Below are positions 63,304-64,000 of a stretch of DNA of 64,000 nt, piece after piece. The stretch comes from Fistulifera solaris (lineage: Eukaryota): positions 2,604,001 through 2,668,000 of the forward strand of contig AP026162.1 in NCBI GenBank assembly GCA_030295235.1, written 5' to 3'. Numbering within the stretch: position 1 is the stretch's first letter; each line of letters starts with the position of its first letter. The notes beneath the pieces were generated by a model. The model saw only the letters and a program-made list of their open reading frames with translations. It had not been told where the DNA came from and did no database searches. The translations under genes and the position numbers were made by a program.

Positions 63304-64000
63304 ATACACCCAACTAGCGACAATAGCGAATTCTTGATAATAACAACTAAACACAATTTCAAGAAAAGTTTGCATGCAAACATAGCAACGCGTGCGAAGA
63401 AAGTGAATTGTGAGACCTCTTGAATTTTTTGCGATGGAGCAATCGATTTCCAGTGGCTAAGCCAAATCAAAATACGGTCGCGTTGACAATGTTTTGTTCG
63501 TCGAGATCCAGCCATCATAGCATTTGTTTCTCCCGTGAAAACTGCTTACTGAAGCATGATGGAATCTGACCCCCAAAGAGCAGTAGATCTAGCTCCATAG
63601 GCCCCATGCTTTTCATTATAACGGTTTTCCAGTATGCTTCAAACAAATCGAAATCCTTCTCTTCGTCAATTTTGTTGCGTTCCGATTTGTCAACCAAATA
63701 AACAATCTTATCCAGCTTCATGGTAGGGCGGTCGACTTAGCGCAACCTGATATTCATAAATTCGTCTGGCCACTCCAGGATTGCTTGATAGCTAACAAAT
63801 AAACCATCGTAACGTTATGCGTTTCATCGTATCGTCGTGGCGGCACTTCCTCGGAACCAATCAATGGGGGCTGTGTGGCAGTGCCTCGACAAATGGTTCG
63901 GTACACCACACTCTACTGTTTCTCCTGGAAACAAAATAGGTGGTTGTCACGGCAAGCAATGTTCTTCAAGCTCCATAAACACCTGCATTTTGAGCACTAA

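Noticed and set aside
63276..64000. Minus-strand ORF fragments at the window end
   Set aside because: Interrupted by stops, no recognisable domain, and truncated by the window.

Overview
Eukaryotic nuclear DNA, very probably from a pennate diatom. Evidence: bipartite plastid-targeting presequences, short GT-AG introns, CoDi-type Ty1/copia elements and DUF285 families. Host genes include a plastid sigma-70 factor, Alb3/YidC, an LYR protein, a class C-like GPCR, a DPB4/NF-YB histone-fold protein, a hemerythrin-like protein, a siderophore-binding-like surface protein, pyruvate carboxylase, an SMR transporter, a STRA6-like membrane protein and a mucin-like protein. Most notable: (1) nine small secreted Cys-rich peptide genes in two subfamilies that share Cys spacing and one phase-2 intron, with two copies head-to-head with DUF285/BspA genes in a duplicated cassette; (2) two full-length copia elements whose LTRs lack TG...CA ends (AA...CT and CG...CG); (3) three LTR elements whose primer sites match tRNA anticodon arms (Met, and apparently Asn and Lys); (4) a three-level nest of solo LTR, copia and non-autonomous LTR element. 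Non-autonomous TIR elements, two Helitron copies and a CRE-like LINE fragment are also present. Single-base frameshifts occur even in conserved genes and look like uncorrected assembly indels, so gene ends were reconstructed by eye.
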